From the NCBI GenBank assembly GCA_002633005.1, contig NMRA01000843.1:81551-123751 (forward strand): DNA of 42,201 nucleotides, given 5' to 3'. The position numbers were made by a program, and so were the translations under genes. This stretch comes from Phoronis australis. Taxonomy: Eukaryota > Animalia > Phoronida. Below the pieces are notes generated by a model, which worked only from the letters and a program-made list of their open reading frames with translations, made no database searches and was not told where the DNA came from. Below, piece by piece: positions 24,859 through 36,153 of the stretch; position 1 is the first letter of the stretch; each line of letters begins with the position of its first letter.

Positions 24859-25499
24859 GTAGCCCCCTGCAGCCCTGGTGTGCCGCCCATGCATGACTAA
24901 AATAAGACGGGGCGGCCACCTCCAGAACTGTGACCTATGCGTCTGCGCCTTTTTAGTGGACTTTTGTCTCGTTTTGTCGGATTTTTTGTTTCTCTGAGGC
25001 GGACCCGTTTTTGCCCACATCGCGCTCATGACCTTAGGCTTACAAAGTCACTATGGTAATGGTATTCGAATCGAACTTAGCCGTAGGAATCAAGTTCATT
25101 CCATAAAGCATCAGAGCAATCGTGGTTACCGAAACATAGTCACGTGGCCCATGTACGTGATGCCCTAATGAAACTTCAGGTGGCGCGAGAACCGCAGTCT
25201 CCAGTGCCCGATTTCGCATTGGGCCAAAGTTAACTAACGTACGCTCCCCGCAGACAAAGTGTGTTATACTGTGTATGCAGTTAACTCCGTCCATGCTACT
25301 GGCTTGTTTATATTCGGGAGATATCCCACTTTCCTTGCCGTCGCGTCAGTCGGGTAAACCCGTTTTGTTAAAATGTGTTCTTTTATGCGGTACTCAGTTT
25401 AGACCTGATTTTTGTGTGAAGATTAGTCTACGCGTCGGCTTGAGACTTCACAAAATACCCGGCGAAGTGTTTCCTATTAGTCCATATGTCGGGCTNTAT

Positions 25500-26215
25500 T
25501 TCAAATTTTATGAAAATCTGTTGAGGACCTTTGAAGATACTGAGTTAAACATAAAAAATAAATTGCCACTAGGGGGCACAGTAGTAATCAGATCTGTTCG
25601 AAAGTTGTTGTCATCTGTAGTCAACAACATATAAATACACTTGCTAAATTAAGTAAAGATCCTGAGAACGGTTTAGGAGATACAGCCATAGGCACAACAA
25701 AAACAAAACTGCCAATAGGAGGCGCCACAGAAGTCGAAATCGTCGGAAAATCATCGTCAACCGTCCTCTTCATAGTAAGCACATACATGCCAATTTTCAC
25801 AATCATCCTTTGAACGGTTTGGTTGACAGAGGGGTGGACGCAAAAAAAAAGATTCGAAAACAGTAAAAATGGGCACTAGGTGGCGCAAACTAACGTCGTA
25901 TCCATCCAAAAACGGTAGGATAGTGTCATATCAATAATACGTGCCTACATACCAAATTTCATGAAAATCCGTTCAGAACTTTAAGATACAAAGGTAAGCG
26001 TAAAAAACTAAAATTGCCATTATGGGGCACACCGGTAGTCGGATCCGTCCAAAAGTTCACTCATGCCCTCCCATTCATGAATGGAACATATGTGCCAAAT
26101 TTCATGAACGTATGTCAAAGAGTTTTGGAGATAGAGCAGCGGACGCCGCCCAGACGGACGGAGATGACGGCAAAATGCGTCCACATATAAATCAGACCTG
26201 TGTACCACCAAAACC
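25500..26215. repeat. Interspersed repeat of unknown class with internal sub-repeats (CCAAATTTCATGAA, GCCACTAGGGGGC); diverged inverted copy at ~35570-35880
   Basis: 25735-25910 (CGGAAAATCATCGTCAACCG...AACAGTAAAAATGG) is the diverged reverse complement of 35700-35880. Confidence 0.65.
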
Positions 26216-28217
26216 CCATTGGAGTACTCTGAACACTAGATTTGCAGATTTCGAGTACAGATAAAATTTACCCTAAAATATGGGGGGGTTAATTTTCACA
26301 GTGGACCTTTCACTAACTAAAAAAAGAAAAAAACGAGTTTGTTCAATGTTCAGAGCTTTCGCCGATCCATGCCAGTATTGTAGAACAACTATTCAATTTT
26401 GAAAACTTCGCAAATATCATAGCCTTAATATCATTGTTGGTAACGAGATTTTCTCCGAGGTTTCGCAAGCACTGTGGACAAAAGAGCAACAGGTGGTTAA
26501 ACTCTACTCGATTAATGCCCAAAATTACATGGGTTCTCCGTAGTCTTTCATGCTTTTCATGCAAAGGGCCATTTCACGATGCGATATTTGTGAGTGCACG
26601 GTAACGGAGTACACACAGTTTGAGCCAATGATGCGATACAAAAAGTTTTTACCATTAGGTCTGCAGCAGTGACGTGCATTCTCCGTAAGCCCTGAATTCT
26701 ACCAATAGCCCACGTCTCCCTTACCCCGTCATGTCAAAGGTTTTATATAAAAGTATAAAACAAGGATTATTATTTCCGAGATACCAGATCATGTGATGCG
26801 CCGACTGGATCTAGACGCGAGAACTTCGCGACCATGCAAGATTACGCAATCGCTGTTTCCCTGTGTGCCGCTAGGTGCTCAGCAGCCAGCTGGCTAGTCA
26901 CGTAGGGGACCAGCGAGGATAACGCATTACAAGCAAAAGTCCGTTACCATACTAGATTCCTTCGTGAGATTCTTGCGTCTAAGATTATCGCATGCAGTTG
27001 GTATACTTCTCTTAAAATAAACAGAAAAGGAGACTGCGTGTAATAAAAATAAATATGTATTCGTATCACATGGTGCATTTGACGATTNGAGGATAACGCA
27101 TTACAAGCAAAAGTCCGTTACCATACTAGATTCCTTCGTGAGATTCTTGCGTCTAAGATTATCGCGTGCAGTTGGTATACTTCTCTTAAACAGTACACAC
27201 CATGGATTTTTGCACATTTTGAATTACCGGTGGCCACAGACTAAATGTATGACGTAAAATTTAGCTAAACCCAAGTTTATTTTGTGTAATTAGCTCAAAA
27301 TTTTGATTTTTCTTTCAATTTTGCCAATTTTCACATTTCCCGCCATGTGACGTCATGGGTTGAACACAAGAGATCAGTGACTAGCATTGAACAATGGCGG
27401 AGACCAGGGAATTTGAAAGTGACGACGATTATGAGGAAGAATTGAACGAATACTATGAAGAAACGTATGAGAATGGTGGCCAGGATGAGGAAATGGGGTT
27501 GCACGAAAGCGAGAACAAGTTTAATGTGCTACCGGCTGCGTACTTTTCTACTTTGAGCCTTATGAACTGGATCCTCCCGCGAGAGAAGCGGCCTCGGGCT
27601 CGGCGAGTNNNNNNNNNNNNNNNNNNNNNNNNNNNNNNNNNNNNNNNNNNNNNNNNNNNNNNNNNNNNNNNNNNNNNNNNNNNNNNNNNNNNNNNNNNNN
27701 NNNNAGTCGAAACGCGAGTTCTCAAAGTGGGCAGAACACAGAGTGGCCCCGGACCGAATCGCTTGGTCCACGATGACGTCTCACACTCTCGTTCGGAGCA
27801 CGAAGCGATGCCACTTCTGCGCAACTTTGGTATCCTTCGGAACACCGAGACGTTCTCCGCCTGGCTACTGTTGCTGCAGCCTCCGGAAACACATCTTGAT
27901 CCCTCTACGAACCTTCTCGACGCTAAATGTATTTTGCTTTCTCTTCACTCAATACACTTTGTCTCTGATACGAACGACTTGGGTTCAACCCATGACGTTG
28001 TACATAATAATTTTTTTTTTTTAATTTTTGCGTGTTTCTTTATGAGCTGTGCTCTAAAGGCACTGAAATCTTGTAAGATATAATAATAAAATTTATTTTG
28101 AGGTACAAGAGTCATGTTGTGTACACTTTAAAAGTTTAGTTGAGGGCTTTTAAATTTTGTGCCGCTATGAAACGACAATCAACTGGTTGCTAATCGGTAC
28201 TAAAATATTTTAAGAAG

Positions 28218-29087
28218 ATGCCGAGATCATAAAGCACGGGACCAAATCCTCCTGCTGAAAGTGATTCATTTGCTGAAACTAATATTCCTGAAACGGATCC
28301 GTCCACGTCTGCAGATGATCCAGACAATGACTTTTCACAGTGGCCAAGCGTGTGGAATTACGATCAGTGGATGGAATTCAAGAAAAAAGTATCCCTGGTT
28401 GGAACACAAGGATGGAAAGTTGGGTTGCGTTTCTTGCTATAATCTACTAGACCTAGGTTTGATGAAAGGAAGTTGCGTATCAATATCTTCGGAGTGAACT
28501 CAGTTTCTGATAGAAGCAGCTGGAGATTCCCAACTGGCTAAACTTAAGTCGCTCACCGCTAGTAAAATCAGTCGTCATATGAGCTCTAAAGCCCACAACA
28601 TTGCTCAAAGTATTGACGAAACGAAAAGTAAAAGGGCAATTGAAAATACATTAGTTAAAGTTGCAGCTCATGAGCAGAACGCAACGGAAAACGTCTTCAG
28701 AACAGCATATTCACTTGTTTAAATGAATCATCTGTTCACCGATCACGAGCATATCATAAACCTTCAAAAACTGAATGGTTTGAATTTGGGTGTTACGCTC
28801 CATTCTCATTTCAGTGCAACGTCCAAAAACAAGCACATAAGCAAGCAAATGCGCGAAAAAAAACGTCAGTACAGTTATGGCAGAAAATAGCTAGATAACT
28901 GTTAGTGGATGAAGCGACAACGGTAAGCAAATCAAGCGCATTGATCATTTACATAAGAGCATCTATTGGTGGTAGCGATCCACTTTTTATAATGCTTGAC
29001 CTTGTCCAGCTTGAACAACAAACTGCCGAATCCATTGAAGCGTCCCTCCTTAACAGTCTACAGCACTGTGGTGGAATATTTACAAGA
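28218..29087 (+). pseudogene. Decayed hAT-family transposase (KIAA1586/ZNF862-like), 5' part
   Basis: Fragments with stops and frameshifts: KKYPWLEHKDGKLGCVSC, RHMSSKAH, VFRTAYSL, LQKLNGLNLG..LHS, and VDEATTVSK..LIIYIR (first catalytic D). Confidence 0.8.
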
Positions 29088-31616
29088 AACAGACTTTATA
29101 GCTCTTTCAGGAGATCTAACAACACTATAATCTACAACAGATACAAGGAGCAGTCACGTCTGGTTGAAACTTTAGTAAATCAAGCCAAAGCTGATCACCG
29201 CCACAAGCTTTTTCAAAAAATTAACAGAGCAAGCAAGAACTCCAAAGAATACTGGAACATCATCAATAAAATACGCGGCAGTCCAACAAACCTCTTATCC
29301 TGTCATCAACCATAATGGTAACCTAACCTCAAGTAGTATAGTGACAAGTGTGATTTGTTTCTCAAATTTTTCACGAACAAAAGCCACATTACACCAACTG
29401 AAGTAGGTAACTTCCCCTTTCTTCGTGAACGTTGTCTCAATCAACTGTGTGACATCCCGGCTAATCAAACTGATCTCCGGAAATATCTCAATGAAATTGA
29501 CCCTAATAAGAACGATGGCACAGCTTTAGTAACCAGCAAGATGATCAAAATGATTGCCAACAAATTTACCTTGCCCCTGACCAATCTGTTTAACAAACTT
29601 CTTCAGCTAGGTATATATCCGTCTTCTTGGAAACATGGATTTATGGTCCCTATAAACAAAAAGGCTCCAAAACTGAAATTTCAAATTATCGCCCAATAAC
29701 TTTACTTAACACCCTGTCCAAAATCTTCGAGAAGATCATTGCTCAAAGTATTCTTACATTTCTCAAACAAAACAACTTGATCTACCATCGTCAATTTGGT
29801 TTTTTTGCGTGGGAACAGCACCGTGGCACAACTTGTTGAAATAGTACATGAGATTCATTTACATTTTGAGAAGGGCGAGAGTGTCAGGTCTATTTTTCTA
29901 GATATAGCTTCTGCTTTCGACTGTGTCCCTCACGACCTACTTCACAAACTTCGATCCTATGGCATGAGTGGTAATCTTTTAAACATGATCACCTCATATC
30001 TCTCCGAAAGAACATACAGTGTCCGTGTCGACGGCGTGCTTTCAACTTTATCCCCTCCTGGATTTGTAAACGCATGCGTACCTCAGGGTAGCGTATTGGG
30101 CCCTCTTCTCTTCTTGGTTTATATTAATGACCTTCCTGATAACCTGTCATGTAGCACATACCTTTATGCAGATGACACGGCGATTTTTTACCCCTTCGTA
30201 GGGAGCAGCTCTGAATGTTCTTTACAGCTTCAACACGACTTAAATAAACTCAGCTATTGGTCACAAGAATGGAGAATGAATTTTAAACCAGAAAAAAGTG
30301 TTGACCTCACCTTCTCCAAATCTATTAATGCTCTCTTCCTTGTTGACCCGTCTTATGATCTTAAACTTAATGATGAAATCATTCCTAGAAAACAGTCGCA
30401 CAGACATCTGGGTATACTGTTAGATGAAAAACTCTCATTCACCCCTCACGTTCGGGAGCTCGTACAAAAAACTCAGGAACTCATTAACCCACTTAAGCTT
30501 GTCTCTCGTCATCTGAATTCTACACATTTAGAAGTTTTGTTCAAATCCTTTATACTTCCACACATTGATTATTGTGATATCATATATCAGTCCGCCAATA
30601 CGGGTACACCCCCACATTTGGAGAAGTTACAATATCAAGCTGCCTTACTCATAACCGGAGCTTACAGGGGATCCAATAGTGTTAAGGTTTTGAATAGTCC
30701 CAAGTGGCCCAAACTGTCTACTCGACGCAATCTTCACATAACCACATTTACTTTCAAGGTAATAAACAATTTCAACAACGTTTCTGTCAAAAAAATATTT
30801 GATCTATACACTAGACAAGGCCATCGTAGTGATTTGAGATCCTCCACCCCATATACAATTCCTCCGTCGTTCAGTCAGGCATTCAGAAGGTCTACAGTCA
30901 TGATGTGCATCAACAATTGGAAATCTCTTCCAGTCTCTGTTAAGGAAAGCAACTCTTTTACGAGTATAAAAATAATTTTAGAACTGTTTTTCATAATTTT
31001 GATAACTCAACATCCTTGACTCAATTCTCCCTTCCCCGCGATAGCAAAATAGCATTGTACAGATCCAGATGTGGCCTTTTCCTAAACTCTGACAAGTTCA
31101 GGCACAACTTTAGTAATGTCTCTTCAAACTGTAAATGTGGTGACCATCAATCTTATCCTCATATTTTCTTCAAATGTCCCCTCATCGAATACCTGAGAGA
31201 CTCACTCTTTCGTGCCCTCAATGAAAACCAATCAATTGTTAACGCTCTCAAGCCTTGTAATAATATCCCTACTAGAGTTTCATTATTACTGAATGGTAGT
31301 CCTAACCATGACCTCGTTCTCAACGAATTCCTCCTAAGCAACGTTTGTAAATTTTTATGTACCGTTTATCAATATTGTTGCATCTGATTTCCATACATGA
31401 ACCTGTACATATTTTTGTTTTTATACATTTGTAATAGCATATCTAAGTATTGGAATACTTATATTAGATACTACTTAATTGTATATACCTCTATGTATAT
31501 TAGTTTCATTTATGAATTGTTTACAACCCAGATATAATGCTTCGCGGTTTCTGGGTTTGCTATTATTTCTTTGTATGTTCTGTGTATTCTTCAATAAATA
31601 TATATCACTTTAAAAA
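29088..31616 (+). mobile_element. 5'-truncated non-LTR retrotransposon (CR1-group LINE) with frameshifted ORF2, 3' UTR and short A-tail
   Basis: RT motifs NYRPITLL, FLDIASAFDCV, VPQGSVLGPLLFLVYINDL and YADDT; C-terminal CKCG..HIFFKCP knuckle; AATAAA at 31593. The 13-bp TSD AATATTTACAAGA lies at 29075-29087 and 31617-31629. Confidence 0.92.
29796..31019 (+). pseudogene. Reverse transcriptase domain of the LINE (longest intact frame)
   Basis: 407-aa ORF with PQG and YADD motifs; adjacent ORF2 segments sit in other frames. Confidence 0.9.
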
Positions 31617-31890
31617 AATATTTACAAGAGCATCTCGTTGCATTTGCAAGTGACGGCGCCAGTGTCTTGACAGGATAACGTTCTGGAGTTGCAACAAGAT
31701 TACGCGAAGCTTCCCTAGACTTTTGACATGGCACTGCTTAAACCACAGACTTGAGTTGGCAATTGGGGATGCCGTGGCAGAGGTGACTGGGTGTCATCAT
31801 TTCAGAGTATTTATGGATAAACTCTATTCACTTTACAGCAGATGACCCAAAAACCAAGCCGAGCTGAAAGTTTGTGCATTATACATTAAC
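31617..31890 (+). pseudogene. Decayed hAT-family transposase, 3' continuation after the LINE
   Basis: Reads YLQEHLVAFASDGASVLTG*RSGVATRL...WHCLNHRLELAIGDAV...FMDKLYSLYS, with the hAT DGA and CxxH motifs. Confidence 0.85.
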
Positions 31891-32259
31891 GCGTGTAAGT
31901 GCGCATTGTACATACTATTTGTTCAGCTCATTAAAATATCAGTGCTTGCGTAACATCGTGTTCGTGTAATTAGTCTTGGAAGAGTACGTAGTAACATAAT
32001 CTCACCTAGTAATGAATTTTTTTATTAATATTTCAAGATAAAGTAACATTTATTGCATCACACCATAGGTGGATAAAGGGAGATCGAAGTGCCCCGAGGA
32101 CACACCCCACGGGCGACTAAAAATCGCCACCAAATATCATTTCTATGCGTTACTTTTGCGTGTGGTTAGATCCCCTTTCCCCGACATCCTAGATCAGTTA
32201 CTACATACTCTAAATACCCACTCGTGAGTCAAAAATAGGCCTACATTTTGTGAGTCAGG

Positions 32260-32415
32260 CAGTGCTGTAGTGGGGCCTAGGTGCATGTAGGCGCAGCCAA
32301 CCGTCTTTTGGCATTTGAACGTAGCGCCTACGCACTGTAAGTTACGTTCAGTGCTCAAGGTTATGCGGTGGGCTCTGGGCGCCTACTTACCTCTAATTTT
32401 ACCACTACAGCACTG
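32260..32415. mobile_element. MITE with 14-bp TIRs
   Basis: CAGTGCTGTAGTGG...CCACTACAGCACTG, with internal GTAGGCGC/GCGCCTAC inverted motifs. No clear TSD. Confidence 0.7.
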
Positions 32416-32480
32416 CTCAGTAATCGCATGCCCTGTACTTCACTGAACTATAGCACCATTCTTTTGATAACTGACTCTTA

Positions 32481-32938
32481 TGTTCAAGTTGAACGCAATT
32501 TTCACTGCATAAAACATGTGCCTTGTGCACAAATATCTCAATAACTGCGCTGGACCACCGGCTGAGAACTGGCTGCGTTTCTTTGGTGCCGAAACTCGAA
32601 ACTCCTTGTTTTCTGATTGAGAGTAAACTTCTGCTCCTTGTAAAACAAACCTTGATATTCTTGGAACAAAGAAATTCACCATTACTTGCAGTTAAAACCA
32701 TTTCAAGTACTGTTCAAGTTGAATGCAATTTTCACTGCATAAAACATGTGCCTTGTGCACAAATATCTCTATAACTGCGCTGGACCACCGGCTGAGAACT
32801 GGCTGCGTTTCTTTGGTGCCGAAACTCGAAACTCCTTGTTTTCTGATTGAGAGTAAACTTCTGCTCCTTGTAAAACAAACCTTGATATTCTTGGAACAAA
32901 GAAATGCACCATTACTTGCAGTTAAAACCATTTCAAGT
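32481..32938. repeat. 230-bp near-perfect tandem duplication upstream of the TPR-TIR gene
   Basis: TGTTCAAGTTGAA...CCATTTCAAGT starts at 32481 and again at 32711, with only a few mismatches. Confidence 0.92.
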
Positions 32939-33023
32939 CATTCATATAATTAGGAATTTCTGCGACACCTGTAAATTGTGATCTGTTGTAACTAATATCC
33001 TTCAATTTGGTATTATCATCTAA

Positions 33024-33282
33024 AGTGTATTAGATGTATGATAACCACCATCTACAGTGTATTAGATGTACATAACTACTATGTACAATGTATTAGATGA
33101 AAACTACCATCTACATAGTATTAGATGTGTGATAACTAACATCTACAGTGTATTAGATGTATGAAAACTACCTTCCACAGTGTATTACATGTATGATTAC
33201 CACCATCTACATTGTATTAGATGTGTGATAACTACCGTCTATAGTGTTAGATGTATGATAACTATCGTCTACAGTGTACATT
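33024..33282. repeat. Minisatellite, ~32-bp unit (AGTGTATTAGATGTATGATAACTACCATCTAC)
   Basis: About 8 diverged units. It accounts for the spurious first 44 aa of ORF 33180-35009. Confidence 0.88.
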
Positions 33283-33311
33283 GTAATAAGTGTATTGTTT
33301 CAGAGTTGGTT

Positions 33312-35009
33312 ATGGCGGAGGAAAATGCTGTCAAACGTCTACAAGAGAAAGGCATAGAATGTCTCTTTACCAACACATATCTGCAAAACAGGGGTTCTTT
33401 CAGGGAGAATCGGGAGCGATTTGGAAGGGAATTTCAGGAAGAGGATTTTGCTCGCCGATATCCGTTGATGAACCTGCTCGGCTATTTGAGTTTCAAAGTC
33501 AACGACGAAGCGGCGGAAGCCGAGAATATGTTCAAAGAAATCCTTCATGAGAAACCTGACAATTTAATTGCTTTGCTCAATCTGAAGTTCATTTACGATC
33601 ACTTAGGTTTGTCTACTGAAGCTCAGAATTACGAGCAACGACTTGCTGATCTTCTCAAAGGCTCTTGTTCGTTTGTCCTTGAGGCACGTGCTAAATATGA
33701 GCTGGCTGAGATATTGACAGCTGTTGATGCTCATAAGCAAGCAGGCGGTGAGATCAAAGTAAAACGATTCTTCGAAGATTCACTTTGTTGTAAAGGTGTT
33801 GATGCCCTTGAAAAACTGGAATGGGAATTTGGTTACGCTTTCTTCTATTTCATGGTGGACAGTTTGAAAGGAGAGAATTGTACAGACTACTTTGTCAAGT
33901 CTATGAAGCATTTCTACAACATTTTAAGTACAATCCCGCCAAAACCTCAAAAATCCGACGAGCAGACGTCTCGGATGCTCAAAAGAATGAAAGATATGGT
34001 CCCCAAAGCGTGGTGTTTCATGAGCACTCTAATGTCGCGATGGAACAGAGCTGAAGATTATGGCTGTTTGTGTAAAATAATGGAATTACAGTGCTTGGTC
34101 TGTCATTACGAATTCACTTGGAGGGACTGTCTCAGGGAGGCCGAGACGACGTGCTCTGCCCGGAATAAACATGTGGTTTTCAGACGCATTGGTGTTGTGC
34201 TTTTAAGACTGAAGGAGATGGAAGAAGCCAAGAAGTACTTAGAAGAGGCATTAGAATTGAAGAAAGAAGGTTATGGCTTCAGCTTGATGGGAAGATGGAA
34301 TCTCCAAATGTACATGGACGGTGAAGGAGAAGTCTATCTCGACAATGCCGTGAGATACTTCGAAATGGCAAAGGAGAATGGCTGCGACTTATGGCACTGT
34401 TATCGAGATCTTGCCAAGTGCATGTTCTATAAAAACGATAAAATTAATGCCCTTTCACTCTGTGAGAAGGCCAAAACTTGTGGTGGAAAATATGACAGAG
34501 GATTGTTGTATCTGCAGGCAGACGTTTATGACAAGTTTGAGGAGCCAGAGAAGGCGACAGAAATGAGACAGCAGGGTGACATGGCCAAACGTAGTGACTT
34601 CGGCTGGGTTTACTGTCATGAGGATTCGTCTGCAATAGGGCATATAACCAAACGTTTGGAGAATCTCAAAGATTGTCAATTTTCTGTTCAATTTTTTGAT
34701 AGAGTCATTACCAGTGGAGAACAATTTGTGGAACCCCTGTCGAAATTGAGTGAGACTTGTACGCAGATACTCGTTTATTGCAGTGACACCTTTTGCAGAA
34801 GCAGTCGTGTGGCCAAGGACTCTCTTGCATCTATGGTGGAGTGCAGAAAGAGTCAAGGAAAGTTAAACACTATTATACGTGTTGTGGATCAAGGCGCGCA
34901 TCCAGATGACCGGTCACCATTTCTATTGGAGATCAATGAGACCCTAGTGTATGATGAAGATACATTTTATGACAATCTCAAAAAGTTAGCTGAATACGAT
35001 CAATCCTAG
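33312..35009 (+). CDS. TTC22/IFIT-like TPR-repeat protein with C-terminal divergent TIR domain (565 aa, single coding exon)
   Basis: Uninterrupted ORF; acceptor tttcag ends at 33303 and GTTATGG provides the start. NLLGYLSF...FKEILHEKPDNLIALLNLKFIYDHLG...QRLADLL resembles the TTC22 N-terminal TPRs. Further TPRs: IGVVLLRLKEMEEAKKYLEEALEL, AVRYFEMA, YRDLAKC. From ~34593 the pattern is TIR-like: SDFGWVYCHED, FFDRVITSG, QILVYCSDTFCRS, IIRVV. Confidence 0.85.
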   Translation: MAEENAVKRLQEKGIECLFTNTYLQNRGSFRENRERFGREFQEEDFARRYPLMNLLGYLSFKVNDEAAEAENMFKEILHEKPDNLIALLNLKFIYDHLGLSTEAQNYEQRLADLLKGSCSFVLEARAKYELAEILTAVDAHKQAGGEIKVKRFFEDSLCCKGVDALEKLEWEFGYAFFYFMVDSLKGENCTDYFVKSMKHFYNILSTIPPKPQKSDEQTSRMLKRMKDMVPKAWCFMSTLMSRWNRAEDYGCLCKIMELQCLVCHYEFTWRDCLREAETTCSARNKHVVFRRIGVVLLRLKEMEEAKKYLEEALELKKEGYGFSLMGRWNLQMYMDGEGEVYLDNAVRYFEMAKENGCDLWHCYRDLAKCMFYKNDKINALSLCEKAKTCGGKYDRGLLYLQADVYDKFEEPEKATEMRQQGDMAKRSDFGWVYCHEDSSAIGHITKRLENLKDCQFSVQFFDRVITSGEQFVEPLSKLSETCTQILVYCSDTFCRSSRVAKDSLASMVECRKSQGKLNTIIRVVDQGAHPDDRSPFLLEINETLVYDEDTFYDNLKKLAEYDQS

Positions 35010-36001
35010 GCCGCTTTCAGTTACGCAAGCTTATGGTGTGTGAAAACTACAAGTGGTCTTACTTGTAAAGCAAGGCAGTATCTTGTATAAAGGGAGACAC
35101 TCGGATTTAGTACCAAAAACTTATTTTTAGGTTTGTTATTTGAAGGGATGGATGGGCATTGACTGTTGTATTTTTTATGATTTTATTACAAATCGCCAAA
35201 TCTCGTCTTTGGATTCGATTCATTCGCTGGAGTCGAGGCCGCTTGCAAATCGTCGGTCTGCAACTGTTGAGCTAGTAAGTCCACTTTATCGCCGATTGTG
35301 CCACTTTAAATCTCCGTGGTTTTGCCAAACTTGAAAGAAACCGGCCTTGTAGAACCTATCGCTCTTCGAATTTTGTTATCGTGGCGGGAAATAACAATTA
35401 TAAGGTAATTGTGGGTGTGTTTTGGGATTGATAGAAGTTGTTTCAAATACCTGTTCTGTTTTGTATGGACAAGTGTAATTTCCTTTCGGTCGAACTTCAT
35501 TCTCTTTGTCTGATCAACACGGAACATTGTGTTGTATTTTGTGTTGTATGTTTGAAATGTGCTTCGCGTGCCATGACTACCGGTGTGCCCCCTAGTGTCA
35601 ATTTTAATTTTTTACGCTTATCTGTATATTTGAAGTTCCTCGACGGATTTTCATAAAATTTGGCAGTTAGGCATCTACTAGTGAGATGATGCCATCCTCT
35701 CGTTTTCGGACTGATTCGAGGTACATTGAGCCACCTAGTAGCCATTTTTACTGTTTTTGAGTTTGTTTTCGGCGTCCGCCATTCTATCAACCAAACTGCT
35801 CTAGGGATGATTTAGAAAATTGGTATATGTGTTCTCACTGTGAAGAGGGCGGCTGACGATGATTTTCCGATGAGTTTGATCGGATAAGTGTGGTATAGGT
35901 ATTTGTAACCCAAACCGTCTCAGTTAAGAAGAATTCAGCCTGGTCTTCCAAACTACGGTGTAATCACCGCTTAAGCTTAAACGCCTTTAGTTAAGATATG
36001 A

Positions 36002-36153
36002 CCCCCCTGAACCCTAAACTTCAACGACCAATGATATTCCCCCCCCCCTGAACCTTAAACTTCAACGGACGACGCTATGGCCCCCTTGGATCCTGAAATT
36101 CAACGACCAATGATATGCACCTCTCAGTGGACCCTAAACTTCTACGACCAATA
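36002..36153. repeat. Minisatellite, ~40-bp unit (CCCCCTGAACCCTAAACTTCAACGACCAATGATAT)
   Basis: 4 diverged units. Confidence 0.8.

Noticed and set aside
26892-26914. Minus-strand GCTGGTC-N8-GACTAGCC hairpin resembling the Y RNA terminal stem
   Set aside because: Only 23 nt long, with no internal loop region, no clear bulged-C helix and no oligo-T terminator; probably chance.
28905-29315. 136-aa ORF as an independent gene
   Set aside because: It is a chimera of hAT transposase and LINE ORF2 fragments across the insertion junction.
33180-33311. N-terminal 44 aa of the 609-aa ORF
   Set aside because: Translated minisatellite upstream of a splice acceptor; the plausible start is the ATG at 33312.
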